This document shows positions 43,001 through 56,000 of a stretch of DNA of 64,000 nt, piece after piece. Origin of the DNA: Eledone cirrhosa (taxonomy: Eukaryota); the NCBI GenBank assembly GCA_964016885.1, contig OZ024744.1, positions 11,718,001-11,782,000 on the forward strand. Direction: 5' to 3'. Below the pieces are notes generated by a model. That model did not search any database. It saw only the letters and a program-made list of their open reading frames with translations, and had not been told where the DNA came from. Both the position numbers and the translations under genes were made by a program. Position 1 is the first letter of the stretch, and each line of letters opens with the position of its first letter.

Positions 43001-46000
43001 TGTGTTGTTGTAATCCAATATCTTGTGTTGTTATACTCCAATATGTTGTGTTGTTGTACTCCAATATGTTGTGTTGTTATACTCCAATATGTTGTGTTGT
43101 GATACTCCAATATGTTGTGCTGTTGTACTCCAATATGTTGTATTGTTGTTCTCCAATATGTCATGTTATACTCCAATAAGTTGTGTTCTTGTACTCCAAT
43201 ATGTTGTGTTGTTGTACTCCAATATATCATGTTGTCGTACTCCAATATGTCATGTTATACTCCAATATGTCGTTGTTATACTCCAATATGTCATGTTGTT
43301 GTACTCCAATATGTCGTATTGTTATACTCCAATATGTTTTGATGTTGTACTCCAATATGTTGTGTTGTTGTACTCCAATATGTTGTGTAGTCGTACTCCA
43401 ATATGTTGTATTGTTATACTCCATTATGTTGTGCTGTTGTACTCCAATATGTTCTGTTGTTGTACTCCAATATATTGTGTTGTTGTACTCCAATATGTCG
43501 TGTTGTTGTACTCCAATATGTCGTGTTGTTGTACTCCAATATGTTGTGTTGTTGTACTCCAATATGTTGTGTTGTTGTACTCCAATATGTTGTATTGTTA
43601 TACTCCAATATGTTATGTTGTTGTACTCCAATATGTCATGTTGTTGTACTCCAATATGTTTTGATGTTGTACTCCAATATGTTGTGTTGTTGTACTCCAA
43701 TATGTTTTTATGTTGTACTCCAATATGTTGTGTTGTTGTACTCCAATATGTTGTGTAGTCGTACTCCAATATGTTGTGTTGTTGTACTCCAATATGCTGT
43801 GATGTTGTACTCCAATATGATGTGCTGTTGTACTCCAATGCGTTATGTTGTTGTACTCCAATATGCTGTGTTGTTATACTCCAATATGTTGTGTTGTTGT
43901 ACTCCAATATGTTGTGTTGTTGTACTCCAATATGTTGTGTTGTTGTAATCCAATATCTTGTGTTGTTATACTCCAATATGTTGTGCTGTTGTACTCCAAT
44001 ATGTTGAGTTGTTATACTCCAATATGTAGTGTTGTTATACTCCAATATGTTGTGTTGTTGTACTCCAATCTGTTGCGTTATACTCCAATATGTTGTGTTG
44101 TTATACTCCAATATGTTGTGTTGTTATACTCCAATATGTTGTGTTGTTTTACTCCAATATGTTGTATTGTTGATCTCCAATATGTCATATTATACTCCAA
44201 TAAGTTGTGTTCTTGTACTCCAATATGTGTTGTTGTTGTACTCCAATATGTTGCGTTGTTGTACTCCAATATATCATGTTGTCGTACTCCAATATGTCAT
44301 GTTATACTCCAATATGTTTTGATGCTGTACTCCAATATGTTGTGTTGTTGTACTACAATATGTTGTGTTGTTGTACTCCAATATGTTGTGTTGTTATACT
44401 CCAATATGGTGTGCTGTTGTACTCCAATATGTTGTGTTGTTATACTCCAATATGTAGTGTTGTTATACTCCAATATGTTGTGTTGTTGTACTCCAATCTG
44501 TTGTGTTGTTATACTCCAATATATTGTGTTGTTATACTCCAATATGTTGTGTTGTTTTACTCCAATATGTTGTGTTGTTGTACTCCAATATGTTGTATTG
44601 TTGTTCTCCAATATGTCATGTTATACTCCAATAAGTTGTGTTCTTGTACTCCAATATGTTGTGTTGTTGTACTCCAATATGTTGTGTTGTTGTACTCCAA
44701 TATATCATGTTGTCGTACTCCAATATGTCATGTTATACTCCAATATGTCGTTGTTATACTCCAATATGTCATGATGTTGTACTCCAATATGTCGTGTTCT
44801 TGTACTCCAATATGTCGTGTTGTCGTACTCCAATATGTTGTGTTGTTGTACTCCAATATGTTGTGCTGTTGTACTCCAATATGTTGTGTTGTTCTACTCC
44901 AATATGTTGTGTTGTTATACTCCAATATGTTGTGCTGTTGTACTCCAATATTTCGTGTTGTTGTACTCCAATACGTCGTGTTGTACTCCAATATGTTGTG
45001 TTGTTATACTCCAATATGTTATGTTGTTGTACTCCAATGTGTCTTGTTGTTGTACTCCAATATGTTTTGATGTTGTACTCCAATATGTTTTGTTGTTATT
45101 CTCCAATATGTTGTGATGTTGTACTCCAATGTGTTGTGTTGTTGTACTCCAATGTGATGTGTTGTTGTACTCCAATATGTTGTGCTGTTGTACTCCAATA
45201 TTTTTTGTTTTTTGTACTCCAATATGTTGTGTTGTTATACTCCAATATGTTGTGTTGTTATACTCCAATATGGTGTGTTGTTGTACTCCAATATGTTGTA
45301 TTGTTTTCTCCAATATGTCATGTTATACTCCAATATGGTGTGTTCGTGTACTCCAATATGTTGTGTTATTGTACTCCAATATGTTGCGTTGTTGTACTCC
45401 AATATGTTGTGTTGTTATACTCCAATATGTCGTGTGGCTGTACTCCAATATGTCATGTTGTTGTACTCCAATATGTCTTGTTATAGTCCAATATGTCGTA
45501 TTGTTGTACTCCAATATATCATGTAGTTGTACTCCAATATTTCGTGTTGTTGTACCCCAATATGTAGTGTTGTTTATACTCCAATATGTTTTGCTGTTGT
45601 ACTCCAATATGTTGTGTTGCTGTACTCCTATATGTTGTGTTGTTATTCTCCAATATGTTGTGCTGTTGTACTCCAATGTGTTGTGTTGTTATACTCCAAT
45701 GTGTTGTGTTGTTATACTCCAATATGTTGTGTTGTTGTAGTCCAATATGTTGTGTTGTTATACTCCAATATTTCGTGTGGTTGTACTCCAATATGTCATG
45801 GTGTTGTACTTCAATATGTCGTGTTGTTGTACTCCAATATGTTGTCTTGTTGTACTCCAATCTGTTGTATTGTTGTACTTCAATATGTTCTGTTGTTGTA
45901 CTCCAATATATTGTGTCGTTGTACTCCAATATGTTGTGTTGTTGTACTCCAATATGCTGTGTTGTTGTACTCCAATATGTTGTGTTGTTGTACTCCAATA

Positions 46001-47050
46001 TGTTGTGTTGTTGCACTCCAATATCTTGTGTTCTTATACTCCAATATGTTGTGTTGTTATACTCCAATATGTTGTGTTGTTGTACTCCAATATGTTGTGC
46101 TGTTGTACTCCAATATGATGTGCTGTTGTACTCCAATATGTTGTGTTGTACTCCAATGTGTTGTGTTGTTGTACTCCAATATGTTGTGCCGTTGTACTCC
46201 AATATTTTTTTTTTGTTTTTGTACTCCAAAATGTTGTGTTGTTATACTCCAATATGTTGTGTTGGTGTACTCCAATATGGTGTGCTGTTGTACTCCAAAT
46301 CTCGTGTTGTTATACTCCAATGTGTTGTGTTCTTATACTCCAATATGGTGTGTTGTTGAACTCCAATATGTTGTATTGTTTTTCTCCAATATGTCATGTT
46401 ATACTCCAATATGTTGTGTTCGTGTACTCCAATATGTTGTGTTATTGTACTCCAATATGTTGCGTTGTTGTACTCCAATATGTTGTGTTGATATACTCCA
46501 ATATGTTGTGTTGTTGTACTCCAATATGTCATGTTGTTGTACTCCAGTATGTCTTGTTATACTCCAATATGTCGTGTTGCTGTACTCCAATATGTCATGC
46601 TGTTGTACTCCAATAGTTCGTGTCGTTGTACTCCAATATGTTGTGCTTTTGTACTCCAATATGTTTTGCTGTTGTACTCCACTGTGTTGTGTTGTTGAAC
46701 TCCAATATGTTGTGTTGTTGTTCTCCAATATTTTGTGCTGTTGTACTCCAATGTGTTGTGTTGTTATACTCCAATATGTTGTGTTGTGATACTCCAATGT
46801 GTTGTGTTGTTGTACTCCAATATGTTGTGTTGTTGTACTCCAATATGTTGTGTTGTTATACACCAATGTGGTGTGCTGTTGTAATCCAATATGTTATGTT
46901 GTACTCCAATATGTTGTGTTGTTATACTCCAATATGTAGTGTTGTTATACTCCAATATGTTGTGTTGTTGTACTCCAATCTGTTGTGTTATACTCCAATA
47001 TGTTGTGTTGTTATACTCCAATATGTTGTGTTGTTATACTCCAATATGGT
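40040..47050. repeat. Higher-order repeat copy 5, partial, of the copy-3 type
   Basis: It matches 18197-~25200 at +21843, and at +21846 after a T-tract expansion: ORFs 18832 vs 40675, 22002 vs 43845, 22795 vs 44638, 24918 vs 46764. Confidence 0.85.
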
Positions 47051-50000
47051 GTGTTGTTGTACTCCAATATGTTGTATTGTTTTCTCCAATATGTCATGTT
47101 ATACTCCAATATGGTGTGTTCGTGTACTCCAATATGTTGTGTTATTGTACTCCAATATGTTGCGTTGTTGTACTCCAATATGTTGTGTTGTTATACTCCA
47201 ATATGTCGTGTGGCTGTACTCCAATATGTCATGTTGTTGTACTCCAATATGTCTTGTTATAGTCCAATATGTCGTGTTGTTGTACTCCAATATATCATGT
47301 AGTTGTACTCCAATATTTCGTGTTGTTGTACCCCAATATGTAGTGTTGTTTATACTCCAATATGTTTTGCTGTTGTACTCCAATATGTTGTGTTGCTGTA
47401 CTCCTATATGTTGTGTTGTTATTCTCCAATATGTTGTGCTGTTGTACTCCAATGTGTTGTGTTGTTATACTCCAATGTGTTGTGTTGTTATACTCCAATA
47501 TGTTGTGTTGTTGTAGTCCAATATGTTGTGTTGTCGTACTCCAATATGTTGTGTTGTTATACTCCAATATTTCGTGTGGTTGTACTCCAATATGTCATGG
47601 TGTTGTACTTCAATATGTCGTGTTGTTGTACTCCAATATGTTGTCTTGTTGTACTCCAATCTGTTGTATTGTTGTACTTCAATATGTTCTGTTGTTGTAC
47701 TCCAATATATTGTGTTGTTGTACTCCAATATGTTGTGTTGTTGTACTCCAATATGCTGTGTTGTTGTACTCCAATATGTTGTGTTGTTGTACTCCAATAT
47801 GTTGTGTTGTTGTACTCCAATATCTTGTGTTCTTATACTCCAATATGTTGTGTTGTTATACTCCAATATGTTGTGCTGTTGTACTCCAATATGATGTGCT
47901 GTTGTACTCCAATATGTTGTGTTGTTGTACTCCAATGTGTTGTGTTGTTGTACTCCAATATGTTGTGCCGTTGTACTCCAATATTTTTTTTGTTTTTGTA
48001 CTCCAAAATGTTGTGTTGTTATACTCCAATATGTTGTGTTGGTGTACTCCAATATGGTGTGCTGTTGTACTCCAAATCTCGTGTTGTTATACTCCAATGT
48101 GTTGTGTTGTTATACTCCAATATGGTGTGTTGTTGAACTCCAATATGTTGTATTGTTTTTCTCCAATATGTCATGTTATACTCCAATATGTTGTGTTCGT
48201 GTACTCCAATATGTTGTGTTATTGTACTCCAATATGTTGCGTTGTTGTACTCCAATATGTTGTGTTGTTATACTCCAATATGTTGTGTTGTTGTACTCCA
48301 ATATGTCATGTTGTTGTACTCCAGTATGTCTTGTTATACTCCAATATGTCGTGTTGCTGTACTCCAATATGTCATGCTGTTGTACTCCAATATTTCGTGT
48401 CGTTGTACGCCAATATGTTGTGCTTTTGTACTCCAATATGTTTTGCTGTTGTACTCCACTGTGTTGTGTTGTTGAACTCCAATATGTTGTGTTGTTGTTC
48501 TCCAATATTTTGTGCTGTTGTACTCCAATGTGTTGTGTTGTTATACTCCAATATGTTGTGTTGTGATACTCCAATGTGTTGTGTTGTTGTACTCCAATAT
48601 GTTGTGTTGTTATACACCAATGTGGTGTGCTGTTGTAATCCAATATGTTATGTTGTACTCCAATATGTTGTGTTGTTATACTCCAATATGTAGTGTTGTT
48701 ATACTCCAATATGTTGTGTTGTTGTACTCCAATCTGTTGTGTTATACTCCAATATGTTGTGTTGTTGTACTCCAATATGTTGTATTGTTGTTCTCCAATA
48801 TGTCATGCTATACTCCAATAAGTTGTGTTCTTGTACTCCAATATGTTTTGTTGTTGTACTCCAATATGTTGTGTTGTTGTACTCCAATATATCATGTTGT
48901 CGTACTCCAATATGTCATGTTATACTCCAATATGTCGTTGTTATACTCCAATATGTCATGTTGCTGTACTCCAACATGTCGTGTTGTAGTACTCCAATAT
49001 GTTTTGATGTTGTACTCCAATATGTTGTGTTGTTGTACTCCAATATGTTGTGTTGTTGTACTCCAATATGTTGTGTTGTTATACTCCAATATGTTGTGCT
49101 GTTGTACTCCAATATGTCATGTTGTTGTACTCCGATATTTCGTGTTGTTCTACTCCAATATTTCGTGTTGTTGTACTCCAATATGTCGTGGTGTTGTACT
49201 CCAATATGTTTTGATGTTGTACTCCAATATGTCGTGTTGTTGTACTCCAATATGTTGTGTTGTTGTACTCCAATATGCTGTGTTGTTATACTCCTATATG
49301 TTGTGCTGTTGTACTTCAATATGTTGTGTTCTACTCCAATATGTTGTGTTGTTATACTCCAATATGTTGTGTTGTTGTACTCCAATATGTTGTGTTGTTG
49401 TACTCCAATATGTGAAGTTGTTGTACTCCAATATGTCGTATTGTTGTACTCCAATATATTGTGTTGTTATACTCCAATATTTCGTGTTGTTTTAGTCCAA
49501 TATGTCATGTTGTTTTACTCCAATATTTCGTGTTGTTGTACTCCAATATGTCATGGTGTTGTACTTCAATATGTCGTATTGTTGTACTCCAATATGTTGT
49601 GTTGTTGTTCTCCAATATGTCGTGTTGTTATACTCCAATATGTTATGATGTTGTACTCCAATATATTGTGTTGTTGTACTCCAATATGTTGTGTTGCTGT
49701 ACTCCAATATGTTGTGTCGTTGTATTCCAATATGTTGTGTTGTTGTACTCCAATATGTTGTGTTGTTATACTCCAATATGTTGTTGTACTCCAATATGTC
49801 ATGTTGTCGTATTCCAATATTTCGTGTTGTTGTACTCCAATATGTCATGGTGTTGTACTCCAATATGTTGTGTTGTTGTACTCCAATATGTTGTGTTGTT
49901 GTACTCCAATATGTTGTGTTGTTGTACTCCAATATGTTGTGTTGTTGTACTCTAATATGTTGTGTTGTTGTACTCCAATATGTTATGTTGTTGTACTCCA

Positions 50001-53000
50001 ATATGCCATGCTGTTATACTCCAATATGTCGTGGTGTTGTACTCCAATATGTCATGTTGTTGTACTCCAATATTTCGTGTTGTTGTACTCCAATATGTCA
50101 TAGGGGTTGTACTCCAATATGGTGTGTTGTTGTACTCCAATATGCTGTGTTGTTGTACTCCAATAGGTTGTGTTGTTGTACTCCAATATGCTGTGTTGGC
50201 TGTGCTCCAATACGTTGTGTTGTTGTACTCCAATATGTTGTGCTGCTGTACTCCAATATGTTGTGTTGTTGTACTCCAATATGTTGTGTTGTTGTACTCC
50301 AATATGTTGTGTTGTTGTACTCCAATCTATATCGCTGTTGTACTCCAATATGTTGTGTTGTTGTACTCCAATATGTTGTGCTGTTGTACTCCAATATGTT
50401 GTGCTGTTGTACTCCAATATTTTGTGCTGTTATACTCCAATATATTGTGTTGTTATACTCCAATATGTTGTGTTGTTGTACTCCAAAATATTGTGTTGTT
50501 ATACTCCAATATGTTGTGTTGTTATACTCCAATATGTTGTGCTGTTATACTCCAATATGTTGTGTTGTTGTACTCCAATATGTTGTGCTGTTATACTCCA
50601 ATATTTTGTGTTGTTATACTCCAATATGTGGTATTGTTGTACTCCAATATGTTGTGTTGTTATACTCCAATATGTTGTGTTGTTATACTCGAATATTTTG
50701 TGTTGTTATACTCGAATATCTTGTGTTGTTATACTCGAATATGTTGTGCTGTTGTACTCCAATATGTCGTGTTGTTGTACTCCAATATCTCATGTAGTTG
50801 TACTCCAATATTTCGTGTTGTTGTACCCCAATATGTAGTGTTGTTTATACTCCAATATGTTTTGCTGTTGTACTCCAATATGTTGTGTTGCTGTACTCCT
50901 ATATGTTGTGTTGTTATTCTCCAATATGTTGTGTTGTTGTACTCCAATCTGTTGTGTTGTTATACTCCAATGTGTTGTGTTGTTATACTCCAATATGTTG
51001 TGTTGTTGTAGTCCAATATGTTGTGTTGTCGTACTCCAATATGTTGTGTTGTTATACTCCAATATTTCGTGTGGTTGTACTCCAATATGTCATGGTGTTG
51101 TACTTCAATATGTCGTGTTGTTGTACTCCAATATGTTGTCTTGCTGTACTCCAATCTGTTGTATTGTTGTACTTCAATATGTTCTGTTGTTGTACTCCAA
51201 TATATTGTGTTGTTGTACTCCAATATGTTGTGTTGTTGTACTCCAATATGTTGTGTTGTTGTACTCCAATATCTTGTGTTCTTATACTCCAATATGTTGT
51301 GTTGTTATACTCCAATATGTTGTGTTGTTGTACTCCAATATGTTGTGCTGTTGTACTCCAATATGATGTGCTGTTGTACTCCAATATGTTGTACTGTTGT
51401 TCTCCAATATGTCATGTTATACTCCAATAAGTTATGTTCTTGTACTCCAATATGTTGTGTTGTTGTACTCCAATATATCATGTTGTCGTACTCCAATATG
51501 TCATGTTATACTCCAATATGTCATTGTTGTACTCCAATATGTCGTGTTGTTGTACTCCAATATGTCGTGTTGTTGTACTCCAATATGTTGTGTTGTTGTA
51601 CTCCAATATGTTGTGTTGTTGTACTCCAATATGTTGTGTTGTTATACTCCAATATGTTATGTTGTTGTACTCCAATATGTCATGTTGTTGTACTCCAATA
51701 TGTTTTGATGTTGTACTCCAATATGTTTTGATGTTGTACTCCGATATGTTTTGATGTTGTACTCCAATATGTTGTGTTGTTGTACTCCAATATGTTGTGT
51801 AGTCGTACTCCAATATGGTGTGTTGTTGTACTCCAATATGTTGTGATGTTGTACTCCAATATGATGTGCTGTTGTACTCCAATGCGTTGTGTTGTTGTAC
51901 TCCAATATGCTGTGTTGTTATACTCCAATATGTTGTGTTGTTATACTCCAATATGTTGTGTTGTTATACTCCAATATGTTGTGTTGTTTTACTCCAATAT
52001 GTTGTATTGTTGATCTCCAATATGTCATATTATACTCCAATAAGTTGTGTTCTTGTACTCCAATATGTGTTGTTGTTGTACTCCAATATGTTGCGTTGTT
52101 GTACTCCAATATATCATGTTGTCGTACTCCAATATGTCATGTTATACTCCAATATGTTTTGATGCTGTACTCCAATATGTTGTGTTGTTGTACTACAATA
52201 TGTTGTGTTGTTGTACTCCAATATGTTGTGTTGTTATACTCCAATATGTTGTGCTGTTGTACTCCAATATGTTGTGTTGTTATACTCCAATATGTAGTGT
52301 TGTTATACTCCAATATGTTATGTTGTTGTACTCCAATCTGTTGTGTTGTTATACTCCAATATGTCATGTTATACTCCAATGTGTCATTGTTGTACTCCAA
52401 TATGTCGTGTTGTTGTATTCCAATATGTCGTGTTGTTGTACTCCAATATGTTGTGTTGTTGTACTCCAATATGTTGTGTTGTTGTACTCCAATATGTTGT
52501 GTTGTTATACTCCAATATGTTATGTTGTTGTACTCCAATATGTCATGTTGTTGTACTCCAATATGTTTTGATGTTGTACTCCAATATGTCGTGTTGTTAT
52601 ACTCCAATAGGTTATGATGTTGTACTCCAATATATTGTGTTGTTGTACTCCAATATGTTGTGTTGCTGTACTCCAATATGTTGTGTCGTTGTACTCCAAT
52701 ACGTTGTGTTGTTGTACTCCAATATGTTGTGTTGTTGTACTCCAATATGTTGTTGTACTCCAATATGTCATGTTGTCGTACTCCAATATTTCGTGTTGTT
52801 GTACTCCAATATGTCATGGTGTTGTACTCCAATATGTTGTGTTGTTGTACTCCAATATGTTGTGTTGTTGTACTCCAATATGTTGTGTTGTTGTACTCCA
52901 ATATGTTGTGTTGTTGTACTCCAATATGTTGTGTTGTTGTACTCCAATATGTTGTGTTGTTGTACTCCAATATGCCATGTTGTTATACTCCAATATGTGG

Positions 53001-56000
53001 TGGTGGTGTACTCCAATATGTCATGTTGTTGTACTCCAATATTTCGTGTTGTTGTACTCCAATATGTCATAGGGGTTGTACTCCAATATGCTGTGTTGCT
53101 GTACTCCAATAGGTTGTGTTGTTGTACTCCAATATGCTGTGTTGGCTGTGCTCCAATACGTTGTGTTGTTGTACTCCAATATGTTGTGCTGATGTACTCC
53201 AATATGTTGTGTGGTTGTACTCCAATATGTTGTGTTGTTGTACTCCAATATGTTGTGTTGTTGTACTCCAATCTATATCGCTGTTGTACTCCAATATGTT
53301 GTGTTGTTGTACTCCAATATGTTGTGCTGTTGTACTCCAATATGTTGTGCTGTTGTACTCCAATATTTTGTGCTGTTATACTCCAATATATTGTGTTGTT
53401 ATACTCCAATATGTTGTGTTGTTGTACTCCAAAATATTGTGTTGTTATACTCCAATATGTTGTGTTGTTATACTCCAACATGTTGTGCTGTTATACTCCA
53501 ATATGTTGTGTTGTTGTACTCCAATATTTTGTGTTGTTATACTCCAATATGTGGTATTGTTGTACTCCAATATGTTGTGCTGTTGTACTCCAATATGTTG
53601 TGTTGTTATACTCCAACATGTTGTGTTGTTATACTCCAATATGTTGTGTTGTTATACTCGAATATGTTGTGTTGTTATACTCGAATATCTTGTGTTGTTA
53701 TACTCGAATATGTTGTGCTGTTGTACTCCAATATGTCGTGTTGTTGTACTCCAATATATCATGTAGTTGTACTCCAATATTTCGTGTTGTTGTACCCCAA
53801 TATGTAGTGTTGTTTATACTCCAATATGTTTTGCTGTTGTACTCCAATATGTTGTGTTGCTGTACTCCTATATGTTGTGCTGTTATTCTCCAATATGTTG
53901 TGCTGTTGTACTCCAATGTGTTGTGTTGTTATACTCCAATATGTTGTGTTGATTTACTCCAATATGTTGTGTTGTTGTACTCCAATCTGTTGTGTTGTTA
54001 TACTCCAATGTGTTGTGTTGTTATACTCCAATATGTTGTGTTGTTGTAGTCCAATATGTTGTGTTGTCATACTCCAATATGTTGTGTTGTTATACTCCAA
54101 TATTTCGTGTGGTTGTACTCCAATATGTCATGGTGTTGTACTTCAATATGTCGTGTTGTTGTACTCCAATATGTTGTCTTGCTGTACTCCAATATGTTGT
54201 GTTGTTGTACTCCAATATCTTGTGTTCTTATACTCCAATAAGTTGTGTTGTTATACTCCAATATGTTGTGTTGTTGTACTCCAATATGTTGTGCTGTTTT
54301 ACTCCAATATGTTGTGTTGTTGTACTCCAATATGTTGTATTGTTTTTCTCCAATATGTCATGTTATACTCCAATAAGTTGTGTTCTTGTACTCCAATATG
54401 TTGTGTTGTTGTACTCCAATATATCATGTTGTCGTACTCCAATATGTCATGTTATACTCCAATATGTCATTGTTGTACTCCAATATGTCGTGTTGTTGTA
54501 CTCCAATATGTCGTGTTGTTGTACTCCAATATGTTGTGTTGTTGTACTCCAATATGTTGTGTTGTTATACTCCAATATGTTATGTTGTTGTACTCCAATA
54601 TGTCATGTTGTTGTAATCCAATATGTTTTGATGTTGTACTCCAATATGTTGTGTTGTTGTACTCCAATATGTTTTGATGTTGTACTCCAATATGTTGTGT
54701 TGTTGTACTCCAATATGTTGTGTAGTCGTACTCCAATATGTTGTGTTGTTGTACTCCAATATGCTGTGATGTTGTACTCCAATATGATGTGCTGTTGTAC
54801 TCATATGCGTTGTGTTGTTGTACTCCAATATGCTGTGTTGTTATACTCCAATATGTTGTGTTGTTGTACTCCAATATGTTGTGTTGTTGTACTCCAACAT
54901 GTTGTGTTGTTGTAATCCAATATCTTGTGTTGTTATACTCCAATATGTTGTGCTGTTGTACTCCAATATGTTGAGTTGTTATACTCCAATATGTAGTGTT
55001 GTTATACTCCAATATGTTGTGTTGTTGTACTCCAATCTGTTGCGTTATACTCCAATATGTTGTGTTGTTATACTCCAATATGTTGTGTTGTTATACTCCA
55101 ATATGTTGTGTTGTTTTACTCCAATATGTTGTATTGTTGATCTCCAATATGTCATATTATACTCCAATAAGTTGTGTTCTTGTACTCCAATATGTGTTGT
55201 TGTTGTACTCCAATATGTTGCGTTGTTGTACTCCAATATATCATGTTGTCATACTCCAATATGTCATGTTATACTCCAACATGTTTTGATGCTGTACTCC
55301 AATATGTTGTGTTGTTGTACTACAATATGTTGTGTTGTTGTACTCCAATATGTTGTGTTGTTATACTCCAATATGTTGTGCTGTTGTACTCCAATATGTT
55401 GTGTTGTTATACTCCACTATGTAGTGTTGTTATACTCCAATATGTTGTGTTGTTGTACTCCAATCTGTTGTGTTGTTATACTCCAATATGTTGTGTTGTT
55501 GTACTCCAATATGTTGTGCTGTTGTACTCCAATATGATGTGCTGTTGTACTCCAATATGTTGTATTGTTGTTCTCCAATATGGCATGTTATACTCCAATA
55601 AGTTGTGTTCTTGTACTCCATTATGTTGTGTTGTTGTACTCCAATATATCACGTTGTCGTACTCCAATATGTCATGTTAAACTCCAATATGTCGTGTTGT
55701 TGTACTCCAATATATTGTGTTGTTGTACTCCAATATGTTGTGTTGTTGTACTCCAATATGTTGTGTTGTTGTACTCCAATATGTTGTGTTGTTATACTCC
55801 AATATGTTATGTTGTTGTACTCCAATATGTCATGTTGTTGTACTCCAATATGTTTTGATGTTGTACTCCAATATGTTTTGATGTTGTACTCCAATATGTT
55901 TTGATGTTGTACTCCAATATGTTGTGTTGTTGTACTCCAATATGTTGTGTAGTCGTACTCCAATATGTTGTGTTGTTGTACTCCAATATGCTGTGATGTT

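Noticed and set aside
1-47050. Whole HOR structure as a pure assembly artefact
   Set aside because: The copies carry private SNPs (e.g. ~14067, 17340, 20579, 34982, 38596) and lineage-shared indels consistent with real divergence. Read-level validation is still needed, so this is unlikely rather than excluded.
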